Source: a virus (taxonomy: Duplodnaviria > Heunggongvirae > Uroviricota > Caudoviricetes). Taken from it: a stretch of 63,616 nucleotides of DNA. The stretch lies in the IMG/VR virus record IMGVR_UViG_2851982317_000002. One strand, given 5' to 3'. A program made the position numbers and the translations under genes. The notes beneath the pieces are model-generated. The model saw only the letters and a program-made list of their open reading frames with translations. It searched no databases and was not told where the DNA came from. Numbering within the stretch: the first letter of the stretch is position 1; each line of letters opens with the position of its first letter. This document shows positions 1 to 9,497 of this stretch, in pieces.

Positions 1-1254
1 ATGCTGGAACAAATGGGCATTGCCGCGAAGCAAGCCTCGTATAAATTAGCGCAACTCTCCAGCCGCGAAAAAAATCGCGTGCTGGAAAAAATCGCCGATG
101 AACTGGAAGCACAAAGCGAAATCATCCTCAACGCTAACGCCCAGGATGTTGCTGACGCGCGAGCCAATGGCCTTAGCGAAGCGATGCTTGACCGTCTGGC
201 ACTGACGCCCGCACGGCTGAAAGGCATTGCCGACGATGTACGTCAGGTGTGCAACCTCGCCGATCCGGTGGGGCAGGTAATCGATGGCGGCGTACTGGAC
301 AGCGGCCTGCGTCTTGAGCGTCGTCGCGTACCGCTGGGGGTTATTGGCGTGATTTATGAAGCGCGCCCGAACGTGACGGTTGATGTCGCTTCGCTGTGCC
401 TGAAAACCGGTAATGCGGTGATCCTGCGCGGTGGCAAAGAAACGTGTCGCACTAACGCTGCAACGGTGGCGGTGATTCAGGACGCCCTGAAATCCTGCGG
501 CTTACCGGCGGGTGCCGTGCAGGCGATTGATAATCCTGACCGTGCGCTGGTCAGTGAAATGCTGCGTATGGATAAATACATCGACATGCTGATCCCGCGT
601 GGTGGCGCTGGTTTGCATAAACTGTGCCGTGAACAGTCGACAATCCCGGTGATCACAGGTGGTATAGGCGTATGCCATATTTACGTTGATGAAAGTGTAG
701 AGATCGCTGAAGCATTAAAAGTGATCGTCAACGCGAAAACTCAGCGTCCGAGCACATGTAATACGGTTGAAACGTTGCTGGTGAATAAAAACATCGCCGA
801 TAGCTTCCTGCCCGCATTAAGCAAACAAATGGCGGAAAGCGGCGTGACATTACACGCAGATGCAGCTGCACTGGCGCAGTTGCAGGCAGGCCCTGCGAAG
901 GTGGTTGCTGTTAAAGCCGAAGAGTATGACGATGAGTTTCTGTCATTAGATTTGAACGTCAAAATCGTCAGCGATCTTGACGATGCCATCGCCCATATTC
1001 GTGAACACGGCACACAACACTCCGATGCGATCCTGACCCGCGATATGCGCAACGCCCAGCGTTTTGTTAACGAAGTGGATTCGTCCGCTGTTTACGTTAA
1101 CGCCTCTACGCGTTTTACCGACGGCGGCCAGTTTGGTCTGGGTGCGGAAGTGGCGGTAAGCACACAAAAACTCCACGCGCGTGGCCCAATGGGGCTGGAA
1201 GCACTGACCACTTACAAGTGGATCGGCATTGGTGATTACACCATTCGTGCGTAA
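1..1254 (+). CDS. proA: gamma-glutamyl phosphate reductase (glutamate-5-semialdehyde dehydrogenase)
   Basis: 417-aa ORF starting at window position 1 with ATG and ending TAA at 1252-1254; length and sequence are as I recall for enterobacterial ProA; lies immediately upstream of thrW as in E. coli. Confidence 0.93.
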
Positions 1255-1368
1255 ATAAAACCGGGTGATGCAAAAGTAGCCATTTGATTCACAAGGCCAT
1301 TGACGCATCGCCCGGTTAGTTTTAACCTTGTCCACCGTGATTCACGTTCGTGAACATGTCCTTTCAGG

Positions 1369-1444
1369 GCCGATATAGCTCAGTTGGTAGAGCAGCGCAT
1401 TCGTAATGCGAAGGTCGTAGGTTCGACTCCTATTATCGGCACCA
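1369..1444 (+). tRNA. thrW: tRNA-Thr (anticodon CGU)
   Basis: 76-nt sequence GCCGATATAGCTCAGTTGGTAGAGCAGCGCATTCGTAATGCGAAGGTCGTAGGTTCGACTCCTATTATCGGCACCA with D-loop AGTTGGTAGAG, anticodon loop TTCGTAA, T-arm GGTTCGACTCC and encoded CCA end. Confidence 0.93.
1399..1444 (+). repeat. attL core: 3' 46 bp of thrW, directly repeated at 47076-47121
   Basis: Exact 46-bp direct repeat ATTCGTAATGCGAAGGTCGTAGGTTCGACTCCTATTATCGGCACCA found at both positions by eye; integrase gene lies immediately adjacent. Confidence 0.75.
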
Positions 1445-1458
1445 TTTAAATCAATAAG

Positions 1459-2622
1459 TTACACATCATTAGTACCTTCCTTATTTTTTGACTGGGACGA
1501 ATTTGGGACCGATGGGTTCAGGATCGAGTCTATTTGCCGTGCGTGTTCGGTAAGGTGATTAGGTGCAAGGTGAGCATATCGACGAACCATTTCGATAGAC
1601 TCCCAGCCTCCCATTTCCTGTAACACTGACAACGGGACTCCGGCTTGAACCAGCCAACTTGCCCAGGTGTGTCTCAAGTCGTGAAATCTGAAATCATCAA
1701 TACCAGCCCGTCTCAGCGCCGCTTTCCAGGCTGTGTTTGCGTCATACCGCATCTTCCTTACTGTTGGCGCTTTCGTTCCGTCTGGTTTGGTACAGCTTTC
1801 CTTGTACACAAATACCCAACGGTGATGATTCCCGATTTGTTTTTTCAAAACGCGACATGCAGTATCATTCAGCGCAACGCCAATTGCGCGGTTTGATTTA
1901 CTCTCTTCCGGGTTTATCCATGCCACCCGGCGCTGCATGTCTATTTGTTGCCATTCAAGGTTGATGATGTTCGAGCGTCTTAAGCCTGTTGCCAGTGCAA
2001 ATTCAACAACAGACTTTAATGGCTCCGGACATTCATCAATCAGCCTTTGTGCTTCATGGGGCTCCAGCCAGCGGATCCGTTTATTCTTTGGTTGAGGCAC
2101 TTTAATAATTGGTGCCTTATCCAGCATTTTCCATTCACGCTCTGCGGCTCTTAGTAGGGCCTTTATAAATGAAAGATGCGTAGCCTTCGTTGCAACGGAC
2201 GCTGGTTTTGGCGTGTATTCTGGAACAGGTTTCCCTTTTTTTCTGCATGCTTCTGCCCTGAGTCTCCAGTTTTCCTCATGACGCCGGTTCGTCATTTTCT
2301 GCATTGCTGAATAAATTTTTGATTCAGTAATGTCTCTTAGTTGCATTCCTGCGAAATGTTGAAGCCAGAATCCGATCCGGCTTTTGTCATCGTCCAGTGA
2401 TTTTTTATGTGCTTTCTCTTCAAGCCACCTGACACACGCTTCCTCGAACGTTATATCAGGTATTTCACCAAGTTTGCTGACCCGCCATGCTTCAGCCTTT
2501 AGCTTGTCATGGAGTTCTGTCGCCTGCCTTTTGTCCTTTGTTCCAAGAGACTGTTTAAATCTTTTACCGTTCGGCAATGTGAAACTGGCGTACCATATTT
2601 CACCTCTGCGGAAGAGTGACAT
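1459..2622 (-). CDS. int: phage integrase, tyrosine recombinase
   Basis: 387-aa ORF ending 15 bp from the tRNA; C-terminal catalytic motifs ([10 protein letters not shown] ... VRRYAHL) typical of the R-H-R-Y tyrosine recombinase family; GAGGA RBS upstream of ATG. Confidence 0.9.
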   Translation of the reverse strand: MSLFRRGEIWYASFTLPNGKRFKQSLGTKDKRQATELHDKLKAEAWRVSKLGEIPDITFEEACVRWLEEKAHKKSLDDDKSRIGFWLQHFAGMQLRDITESKIYSAMQKMTNRRHEENWRLRAEACRKKGKPVPEYTPKPASVATKATHLSFIKALLRAAEREWKMLDKAPIIKVPQPKNKRIRWLEPHEAQRLIDECPEPLKSVVEFALATGLRRSNIINLEWQQIDMQRRVAWINPEESKSNRAIGVALNDTACRVLKKQIGNHHRWVFVYKESCTKPDGTKAPTVRKMRYDANTAWKAALRRAGIDDFRFHDLRHTWASWLVQAGVPLSVLQEMGGWESIEMVRRYAHLAPNHLTEHARQIDSILNPSVPNSSQSKNKEGTNDV

Positions 2623-2849
2623 TTTCTTTCCTCTGTTATGCCATCACCCGCGCTCACCTGGACAGTATGCAGCGGAGACTGAAGAGCCGCAATGCAGGCT
2701 TGTCGTGTTGTGAGGTAAGGAGATTTATTCTTAGTGGGATCTTTGCGTGTTGCCTGAAGACGCCCTGTGCGTATCCAGTTAATGGCAGTCGGTCTGGATA
2801 TCTTGAGAAAATGACAGGCCTCATCGAGTGTGAGGCTGTATGGCTCCAT
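2499..2849 (-). CDS. putative excisionase / small DNA-binding protein
   Basis: ORF immediately upstream of int and overlapping its 5' end as lambda xis does; likely start at the internal ATG ([31 protein letters not shown]...) with a helix-turn-helix-like segment; start codon overlaps the stop of the upstream ORF. Confidence 0.45.
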   Translation of the reverse strand: MEPYSLTLDEACHFLKISRPTAINWIRTGRLQATRKDPTKNKSPYLTTRQACIAALQSPLHTVQVSAGDGITEERKCHSSAEVKYGTPVSHCRTVKDLNSLLEQRTKGRRQNSMTS

Positions 2850-3154
2850 TATTTCACCTCTTGCTGTGACATTGTTGAAAAATGGATACCAGCTCGTTGC
2901 TGCCAGACGATCCAACCGAGAGTCATATCCCATGCCATGTATTCGTTATCGCCGTTTTTTGCTCTCCGACGATCTACTAAGTTACCGAAACGCTTTTCCA
3001 TGAATAATTCATAAGATTCGCGTTCATCTGGTTCTACTTCCAGAGATAGGAGTGCGATTTCATAAGCACGGCGCTCAATATCGTCTCGCACGTCAAGGCT
3101 GCTGATACGCTCTTTAATTTCTTTAATCAGTTCTTTGTCGGTAAAAGTGGTCAT
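2849..3154 (-). CDS. hypothetical phage protein
   Basis: 101-aa ORF in the leftward early operon; stop overlaps the start of the xis-like ORF and start overlaps the stop of the next gene (translational coupling). Confidence 0.45.
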   Translation of the reverse strand: MTTFTDKELIKEIKERISSLDVRDDIERRAYEIALLSLEVEPDERESYELFMEKRFGNLVDRRRAKNGDNEYMAWDMTLGWIVWQQRAGIHFSTMSQQEVK

Positions 3155-3516
3155 TATGCTCCAGCCTCCGGTGCTTTTGGCATTACTGCCCAGTGAGTGA
3201 TATTGACGTTTTCAAGGTCCCCGACCTGAAATGTCCACTGCCATTCTCCGGTTTCTTTTTGTCCCCAGGTGTACCAGAGAGAACGCCAGCCAATTAGCCA
3301 GCCTTCTCCGTTAGCATCGAATAACAAAACACTTTCATTTGCTGGTGGCAGTTCAGTTGACACTGGTATTACTTTGTTTTCCTGTGCTGCACATTTAGCT
3401 TCAAGCGCATCGAATTTACGCACCAGGTATTCAGCATCTGTTTCATTTACTTTCAGATCTCGCGGTACACATCTCCCACGAAGAAACCCTTCCATTTCGA
3501 AAACATTCATGCGCAT
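3154..3516 (-). CDS. hypothetical phage protein
   Basis: 120-aa ORF, tightly packed in the leftward operon; no motif recognised. Confidence 0.45.
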   Translation of the reverse strand: MRMNVFEMEGFLRGRCVPRDLKVNETDAEYLVRKFDALEAKCAAQENKVIPVSTELPPANESVLLFDANGEGWLIGWRSLWYTWGQKETGEWQWTFQVGDLENVNITHWAVMPKAPEAGA

Positions 3517-4043
3517 TTGCGTAACTCCGATAACTCGTTAAAGCGTTCCATAAACATCCCGTAGGCATGGCCCGGTGCCAGTGGAATCACGTTGAACATC
3601 TCTGTTGCCGGGATACCTTCCAGTACAGGCCAGAAAGAGCCATCATCAAGCCCGAGATCGCGGCGTTCGGTTGCCAGCATGATGAGATCGGCATATTTCA
3701 CGGGCGTACTCATAACTGGGGGTAACCCGTATTTCTCGCGGATTACGGCGTCTATTTTTTCTTCCATTTGTTTATAGTCAGGAAGAAGGCGTTTCAGTGG
3801 TGCGGGAATGTCCTGGCAATACGCTTCTGTTGCATCATGCATTAACGCTTCAAAAGCAAATTCCTGCGGCACCAACTGGCTGCAAAGAACCGCATGTTGG
3901 GCGACGCTGTAGAAGTGCGAAAGATGACCGGCAAAGCGACAGATATTTGAAAGGGAAACCGCGATATCGTTAATATCGATGTCGTCTTTATTTATCCTGT
4001 CATAATAAAAATGCTTCCCGGAAAAAGTTTTAATAAATGACAT
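3507..4043 (-). CDS. HD-domain phosphohydrolase (YfdR-like 5'-deoxynucleotidase)
   Basis: H...HD-type motif (VAQHAVL ... LMHDATEAY); preferred start is the ATG at 4043 (MSFIKTF...) preceded by GGAGA, giving 178 aa; the ORF track extends it to a GTG at 4070. Confidence 0.7.
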   Translation of the reverse strand: MSFIKTFSGKHFYYDRINKDDIDINDIAVSLSNICRFAGHLSHFYSVAQHAVLCSQLVPQEFAFEALMHDATEAYCQDIPAPLKRLLPDYKQMEEKIDAVIREKYGLPPVMSTPVKYADLIMLATERRDLGLDDGSFWPVLEGIPATEMFNVIPLAPGHAYGMFMERFNELSELRKCA

Positions 4044-4170
4044 TTTGTTCTCCACGTATATGCGCTGCACCGCGCTGAATTTTGGTTAAAGAAAACCCTC
4101 GCCATCAGGCGATTATTGAGTTAATTACGTTTCCATAAATGCCCCCGCAGGGGCATTTGCAGTAATGAAA

Positions 4171-4995
4171 TCAGGCGGTGAAAGTACCAATAAAGGTTTC
4201 TACTTTGCTGTCTTTGAATTTTTCAACAAGCAGATCACGAAATTCGTTAGCCATTTCTTCCTGTACTGCTTCCAGCTGAATGATGCGCAGAACCAGTACA
4301 GGGCGATCACCAGTGATAATGCTGAGGCGTAATTTAAACGGACGTTCTTTCAGGCCTTCAAACGGAACGCATTTAAACTCAAATGCTACTGGCATAATGT
4401 CTTTGGTTTTCGCTTCGACAGACTCCATCAGAGAGCGTTTGCCGCTGAAGTCATTGTCTTCAAAATCAGCGGTCTGGTTTGCTTCAATCGTGATTTTACG
4501 GACCGCCGCAGCCGCTTTTGTTGCCTGAATGGCGTCACCATTAGCATCAAAGCCCACAAGGTAGTCGGCCCAGTCTTCAATCCATTCTGCCAGTGACTTC
4601 TGGGAGTTACGCTCGCCGTTAACAGACAACAGGGCAGAGAACGGTGCTGTCTTTTTCAGTTTGAGAGTGGCGGTGTTATCTGCGTGACCTGGTTCATCAA
4701 TAGTACCCAGGTTAAGCACACTGACGGCTCGCATATTATCAGCATCGATAAAGCAGCGGGTGCCTTCATCTGCAAGATCTTTAGAATAACGGGTAAAGTC
4801 ATCGATGCTGGCAGTGGAAAGCGCACCACGGAAACGGAAGCGATTTAAATTAAATTTTTCCAGATCATGAATGCGGAAATTCTCAGGCAATGCCACAGCA
4901 TCGGCACCAATCTTACTGATAATTTCATTAACACCCTGAGCAGAAATAAGGGCATGGATTTGATTAATTGCGGTTGCGTCTAAGTTCTGAGACAT
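4171..4995 (-). CDS. DUF2303/YfdQ-like prophage protein
   Basis: 274-aa ORF; length and sequence are as I recall for YfdQ-family proteins of lambdoid prophages; family assignment from memory, not searched. Confidence 0.6.
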   Translation of the reverse strand: MSQNLDATAINQIHALISAQGVNEIISKIGADAVALPENFRIHDLEKFNLNRFRFRGALSTASIDDFTRYSKDLADEGTRCFIDADNMRAVSVLNLGTIDEPGHADNTATLKLKKTAPFSALLSVNGERNSQKSLAEWIEDWADYLVGFDANGDAIQATKAAAAVRKITIEANQTADFEDNDFSGKRSLMESVEAKTKDIMPVAFEFKCVPFEGLKERPFKLRLSIITGDRPVLVLRIIQLEAVQEEMANEFRDLLVEKFKDSKVETFIGTFTA

Positions 4996-5060
4996 AATAA
5001 GTCCTCACTATATAAAGATATTCAGTGATGAGATAAATAATCAGTTAATTAAGAACGATA

Positions 5061-5423
5061 TTAATGACCTGCTGCGCGGAGTTTTCCGTCAGGTTCACCG
5101 GCAAGAGTCAGTAATTGTCCCTGGTCTTCCTGCAGAATAGTCAGGCGACCACCGCGATTGACATACATCGGCGTTTCGGTGGTGTCTTCTTCGGAAATTT
5201 TCCCGCGGTTAGTCGGGCGAACATATGAGAGTTTGTGTTTGATTTTCACACGGTTCTCATCAAATGGTTCGATTTCCAGGTTGAGTGAGACCTTACCTTT
5301 GGTTTTCGTGTTCATCACACCGGAAGCGACTTCACTGAGAACTGCGCCGATTTTGGTTTCAAATACGCCGCCGTCCAGCTCCCCGATAAATGCCTGCACA
5401 TCAGTACTGCGTTCGCTAGCCAT
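5061..5423 (-). CDS. YfdP-like prophage protein
   Basis: Preferred start is the internal ATG at 5423 (MASERSTDVQ...) preceded by GAGGAG, giving 120 aa; the ORF track's upstream extension overlaps a structured non-coding region. Confidence 0.5.
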   Translation of the reverse strand: MASERSTDVQAFIGELDGGVFETKIGAVLSEVASGVMNTKTKGKVSLNLEIEPFDENRVKIKHKLSYVRPTNRGKISEEDTTETPMYVNRGGRLTILQEDQGQLLTLAGEPDGKLRAAGH

Positions 5424-6125
5424 TTTGCTGCTCCTCATCATATCGACCCTGTAAGGTCGGTTAGTTTCTCCACAAAACAGAGAAGAACACCTGCGGTGGC
5501 AGCCGCCCGGATGGATTGGGTTATGAGCCCGTCGTCCGGTGATGCTCTTCTCTGTTTTGTAAAAAGAGCGGTACCAGCCGGAAGCAAGGGTACAAACTGG
5601 TACCGCCAAAGCAGTGGCTGTTGTGGTGGGGTTGTCACTCAGGCGTATGGTCAACCTGACAATCCGGTGTCCTCAACGGGGAAAGAGTAACCCCGCCATA
5701 CTTACCGCCGCGCCATTTCGCGGATTACCACAACGCTGAGAGCACTTAGCCAGTTACAGCACCACACTTTGTCGCGGCTCCATAAATGCCCTCATCGTTG
5801 CACCCTGGTCTCTTCCCAGGCGTCAAACCGAATCGCCACGCTGGTTAGGCGTCTTATCAGCATCATCATTGACTTGCACATTCCGGCTACCTGGTTTGTT
5901 TGCCCGAGCAAGGAGTGGATTGTCCCCTTTAACGTCCCCAGACCGCTAACGACGCATGTGCCATACGCCGTGTTACAACCAAATTTTGTTAGTACCTTGT
6001 TTGTTTGTCTGGAAAGAAAGATAAAATGAAGTTGCGCATTATGCAAGTGTTTTTGTTGCGAGATATGCAATTTAAAGGGTAATGAAAAGCCACCTTTGGG
6101 TGGCTAATTGATGAGGAGGTAAGGG

Positions 6126-6818
6126 TTAATTGTGTCGCTTAAGGGTTTGTGACTGGCTGATTAAGACCTTTCCAAAGACCATAAACCGGTGTTCATTTTC
6201 GCTGGTAATTCCCCATTCACGGTAAATCTGGTTATCAGAAATCACCAGTAGTTTGTCAGGTATCATTTGCAGTCGTTTGACATAAATTTTATCATCAAAA
6301 CCAAATACATAGATACCATCTCCATCAAACTGATTGATACTGACATCAACGAAGATGAGATCTCCTGGCTCAATGGTTGGACACATACTGTCCCCACGAA
6401 CGTTGATAACTTTAATGTGATTGGCTGGCCGTCCGCCAAACATCGATACAGCATTATCAGTTCTGTATTCAATGGCATGAATCACATCAATGACATCACC
6501 GCCCTGGATAAGGCCATTTCCCGCACTGGCACTGACATCCAGCATTTCAATACGGAATACATCCTTCACCTGCGCAACATCCTCACTAATACTGTTTTTA
6601 CATACAGTATTACTTTTGACGTCTGAGGTAAAGAGATCTGCAATATCAACACCTAAGCTCCTGGCAATATTACTCAGGGCTTGTTCAGTGAATTGTTTCT
6701 GCTTACCTGTTTCCAGGCGTGAGATATTCGCCGCATCCACTCCTATTGCTTCAGCGAGATCGGCGATTTTCATGTTCTTCGCCTGGCGAAGTTGTCTGAC
6801 TCGGTTTCCTATGTTCAT
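6126..6818 (-). CDS. CI-like phage repressor (HTH_XRE N-terminus + S24 LexA-like peptidase C-terminus)
   Basis: 230 aa; N-terminal HTH (VRQLRQAKNMKIADLAEAIGVDAANISRLETGK) and C-terminal autocleavage-type domain with GDSM and KRL motifs; divergent from the cro-like gene. Confidence 0.85.
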   Translation of the reverse strand: MNIGNRVRQLRQAKNMKIADLAEAIGVDAANISRLETGKQKQFTEQALSNIARSLGVDIADLFTSDVKSNTVCKNSISEDVAQVKDVFRIEMLDVSASAGNGLIQGGDVIDVIHAIEYRTDNAVSMFGGRPANHIKVINVRGDSMCPTIEPGDLIFVDVSINQFDGDGIYVFGFDDKIYVKRLQMIPDKLLVISDNQIYREWGITSENEHRFMVFGKVLISQSQTLKRHN

Positions 6819-6915
6819 GCGTTTATTACATTTCTTTATTGCGCGTTAAGCAAATCAACTTGCGCAAAATATTTGCGTGAAATAATATGCTCATCACGCA
6901 ATATGTGGAGGTCAT
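6819..6915. promoter_or_regulatory. immunity operator/promoter region (OR/PR/PRM analogue)
   Basis: 97-bp divergent intergenic region between the repressor and cro-like genes; repeated TTGCGC/TTGCGTG half-site-like motifs and AT-rich -10-like hexamers; GGAGG RBS before cro. Confidence 0.5.
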
Positions 6916-7176
6916 ATGCAATCACCATTACGGAATGTGCGTAAGGCGCACGGATTTACTTTGCAGCATGTTGCTGCTGGCGTTCAGGTCAATCCAGCGA
7001 CGCTGAGTCGTATTGAAAGACTGGAACAAGTTCCATCTATCGATCTTGCAGAACGTCTGGCCAATTTTTTTAAGGGTGAAATCAGCGAAATGCAGATTCT
7101 TTATCCGGCACGTTTTCAATCTAGCCAAAACCAGAATGGGTTTAAACCACAGGAACAGGAGGTAAGCCGTGGGTAA
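6916..7176 (+). CDS. Cro-like HTH transcriptional regulator
   Basis: 86 aa with HTH (FTLQHVAAGVQVNPATLSRIERLEQ); divergent from repressor; GGAGG RBS. Confidence 0.7.
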   Translation: MQSPLRNVRKAHGFTLQHVAAGVQVNPATLSRIERLEQVPSIDLAERLANFFKGEISEMQILYPARFQSSQNQNGFKPQEQEVSRG

Positions 7177-7720
7177 TCATCACTGGAAAGTGGAAAAACA
7201 GCCTGAGTGGTACGTGAAAGCTGTCAGAAAAACTATCGCAAAGTTGCCGGGTGGTTACGCTGAAGCAGCTGACTGGCTGGATGTAACAGAGAACGCATTA
7301 TTTAACCGCCTTCGTGCCGATGGCGATCAGATTTTCCCGCTGGGATGGGCAATGATTTTGCAACGTGCTGGTGGAACTCACTTCATTGCTGACGCTGTGG
7401 CGCAGTCTGCAAATGGCGTCTTTGTGTCTCTTCCTGACGTCGAGGATGTGGACAACGCCGATATTAACCAGCGCCTGCTGGAAGTCATTGAACAGATCGG
7501 CAGTTATTCAAAACAGATTCGTTCAGCAATTGAAGACGGTGTAGTGGAACCGAATGAGAAGACAGCAATTAACGACGAGCTGTACCTCTCAATTTCGAAG
7601 CTGCAGGAGCATGCAGCACTGGTCTACAAAATTTTTTGCATTTCAGAAAGTAATGACGCCCGCGAGTGTGCAGCTCCGGGCGCCGTGGCGTGTCGTGACT
7701 GTGGAGAAACTAACGCATGA
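7169..7720 (+). CDS. CII-like phage regulatory protein
   Basis: 183-aa ORF with GTG start 8 nt after AGGAGG; position after cro and C-terminal Cys-rich tail fit a CII/CP76-family regulator; family call from memory. Confidence 0.5.
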   Translation: MGNHHWKVEKQPEWYVKAVRKTIAKLPGGYAEAADWLDVTENALFNRLRADGDQIFPLGWAMILQRAGGTHFIADAVAQSANGVFVSLPDVEDVDNADINQRLLEVIEQIGSYSKQIRSAIEDGVVEPNEKTAINDELYLSISKLQEHAALVYKIFCISESNDARECAAPGAVACRDCGETNA

Positions 7721-8055
7721 ACAGTTTAACAACACACTACCGTCGCTCGCAACTGATTGCGCTTCCTGTACCGGGTGGAAAAGCGAAGGTGGAGTATTGC
7801 TATGCAGTGAATGTACCAGGTGACAGGGAAATTGTAACCCACAGCTTTGCAGAGTGGGCTGTGGGGGATTTCAACCGGCAGAAGGAGACAGTCCTTTGCG
7901 ACAAGTTAACCGCTGGTTCAAAGATCACTACGGAGTGCCCGTCAGAGTCATTCGTTGGGAGCCGGAAACACAACGGGTTATCTACCTCCGCGAAGGCTAT
8001 GAGCATGAGTGCTTCAGCCCGCTCGAACAGTTTCGTCGTAAATTCAGGGAAGTAG
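7717..8055 (+). CDS. hypothetical protein (frame uncertain)
   Basis: ATG overlaps the upstream stop (ATGA); an alternative 73-aa ORF in another frame (7854-8075) covers the 3' half and looks more protein-like, so a frameshift or mis-call is possible. Confidence 0.3.
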   Translation: MNSLTTHYRRSQLIALPVPGGKAKVEYCYAVNVPGDREIVTHSFAEWAVGDFNRQKETVLCDKLTAGSKITTECPSESFVGSRKHNGLSTSAKAMSMSASARSNSFVVNSGK

Positions 8056-8064
8056 AGGTCGGTC

Positions 8065-9006
8065 ATGAGCACTAAATTAACCGGCTATGTATGGGATGGT
8101 TGCGCTGCATCAGGCATGAAATTATCCAGCGTGGCAATTATGGCCCGCCTGGCTGATTTCAGTAATGACGAAGGTGTGTGCTGGCCATCAATTGAAACCA
8201 TTGCCCGTCAGATTGGCGCGGGGATGAGTACCGTCAGAACGGCTATCGCACGGCTGGAAGCAGAAGGCTGGTTAACGCGTAAGGCGCGTCGCCAGGGTAA
8301 CCGCAATGCGTCGAATGTTTATCAGCTTAACGTTGCGAAGCTTCAGGCAGCGGCATTTTCTCAACTGTCAGATTCTGACCCGTCAAAATCTGACGCATCA
8401 AAATCTGACCCGTCAAAATTTGATGCGTCGAAATCTGGCAAAAAAGCGGGTTTTCACCCGTCAGAATCTGGCGGGGATCCGTCAGTAAAATCAAAACATG
8501 ATCCGTCAGATAAAAAAACTTCTCGTCCGGACGCTTCGCAACCGGACACGCAGACGGCTGAACAGGAGTTTTTAACTCGCCATCCTGATGCGGTTGTATT
8601 CAGCCCTAAAAAGCGCCAGTGGGGAACGCAGGATGATTTGACCTGTGCACAGTGGCTCTGGAAAAAAATCATCGCCCTGTACGAGCAGGCCGCCGAATGT
8701 GACGGCGAGGTGGTTCGTCCCAAAGAACCGAACTGGACAGCCTGGGCAAACGAAATTCGCCTGATGTGTGTGCAGGATAGTCGTACTCACAAACAAATCT
8801 GCGAGATGTACAGCCGCGTCAGCCGCGATCCGTTCTGGTGCCGTAACGTGCTCAGCCCGTCGAAGCTGCGGGAAAAATGGGATGAGCTTTCCCTGCGCTT
8901 ATCGCCGTCCGTCAGCACGTACACCGAAAAACGCGAAGACCCGTACTTCAAATCCAGTTACGACAACGTGGACTACAGCCAGATCCCGGCAGGATTCAGG
9001 GGGTGA
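8065..9006 (+). CDS. replication initiation protein (O-like, N-terminal winged-helix/HTH)
   Basis: 313 aa; N-terminal HTH-like region (SVAIMARLADFSNDEGVCWPSIETIARQIGAGMSTVRTAIARLEAEGWL); contains an internal array of DNA iterons as in lambda O. Confidence 0.7.
   Translation: MSTKLTGYVWDGCAASGMKLSSVAIMARLADFSNDEGVCWPSIETIARQIGAGMSTVRTAIARLEAEGWLTRKARRQGNRNASNVYQLNVAKLQAAAFSQLSDSDPSKSDASKSDPSKFDASKSGKKAGFHPSESGGDPSVKSKHDPSDKKTSRPDASQPDTQTAEQEFLTRHPDAVVFSPKKRQWGTQDDLTCAQWLWKKIIALYEQAAECDGEVVRPKEPNWTAWANEIRLMCVQDSRTHKQICEMYSRVSRDPFWCRNVLSPSKLREKWDELSLRLSPSVSTYTEKREDPYFKSSYDNVDYSQIPAGFRG
8366..8515 (+). repeat. iteron array (putative phage origin of replication) within the O-like gene
   Basis: At least 7 tandem copies of a 12-15-bp motif, consensus CCGTCA(A/G)AATCTGAC, followed by an A-rich stretch; encodes the repetitive SKSD peptide. 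Confidence 0.6.
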
Positions 9007-9008
9007 TC

Positions 9009-9497
9009 ATGAGTCTGTTAAATGACGTTCAGAAATTCATTGAAGCTCATCCGGGGTGTACTTCCGGAGACATTGCAGATGCTTTTGCTGGTTACTCACG
9101 GCAGCGCGTTCTGCAGTCAGCAAGCAAGTTACGTCAGAGTGGGCGTGTGGCTCACCGTTGTGAAGGGGATACACGCAGACATTTCCCGCGCCTGACTGAG
9201 AGAGCGCAGGAGCCGGAACCACAACCAGTTCGTGAAACCAGACCTGTGCGCAATTTCTATGTCGGCACTAACGACCCCCGGGTGATTTTGTGCCTGACCC
9301 GCCAGGCTGAAGAACTGGAGTCCAGGGGCTTATACCGTCGTGCTGCAACGGTGTGGATGGCGGCATTCCGTGAAAGCCACTCCCAGCCAGAACGAAATAA
9401 TTTTCTGGCGCGTCGTGAACGGTGTTTACGGAAAAGCAACAAGCGGGCTGCATCAGGTGAAGAGTGGTATCTGTCAGGGAATTACGTGGGGGCTTAA
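9009..9497 (+). CDS. PerC-like regulator / hypothetical phage protein
   Basis: ATG at 9009 six nt after AGGGGG; C-terminal GLYRRAATVWMAAF resembles the PerC/Pch signature as I recall it. Confidence 0.45.
   Translation: MSLLNDVQKFIEAHPGCTSGDIADAFAGYSRQRVLQSASKLRQSGRVAHRCEGDTRRHFPRLTERAQEPEPQPVRETRPVRNFYVGTNDPRVILCLTRQAEELESRGLYRRAATVWMAAFRESHSQPERNNFLARRERCLRKSNKRAASGEEWYLSGNYVGA

Noticed and set aside
5438-5690. ORFs 5438-5638 (-) and 5496-5690 (+) as genes
   Set aside because: Both run through the two perfect inverted repeats and have no RBS; more likely read-through of a structured non-coding region
8366-8515. Tandem repeat as a possible independent repeat element or CRISPR-like array
   Set aside because: Lies in frame inside the O-like replication gene and matches the known iteron-within-O arrangement of lambdoid origins
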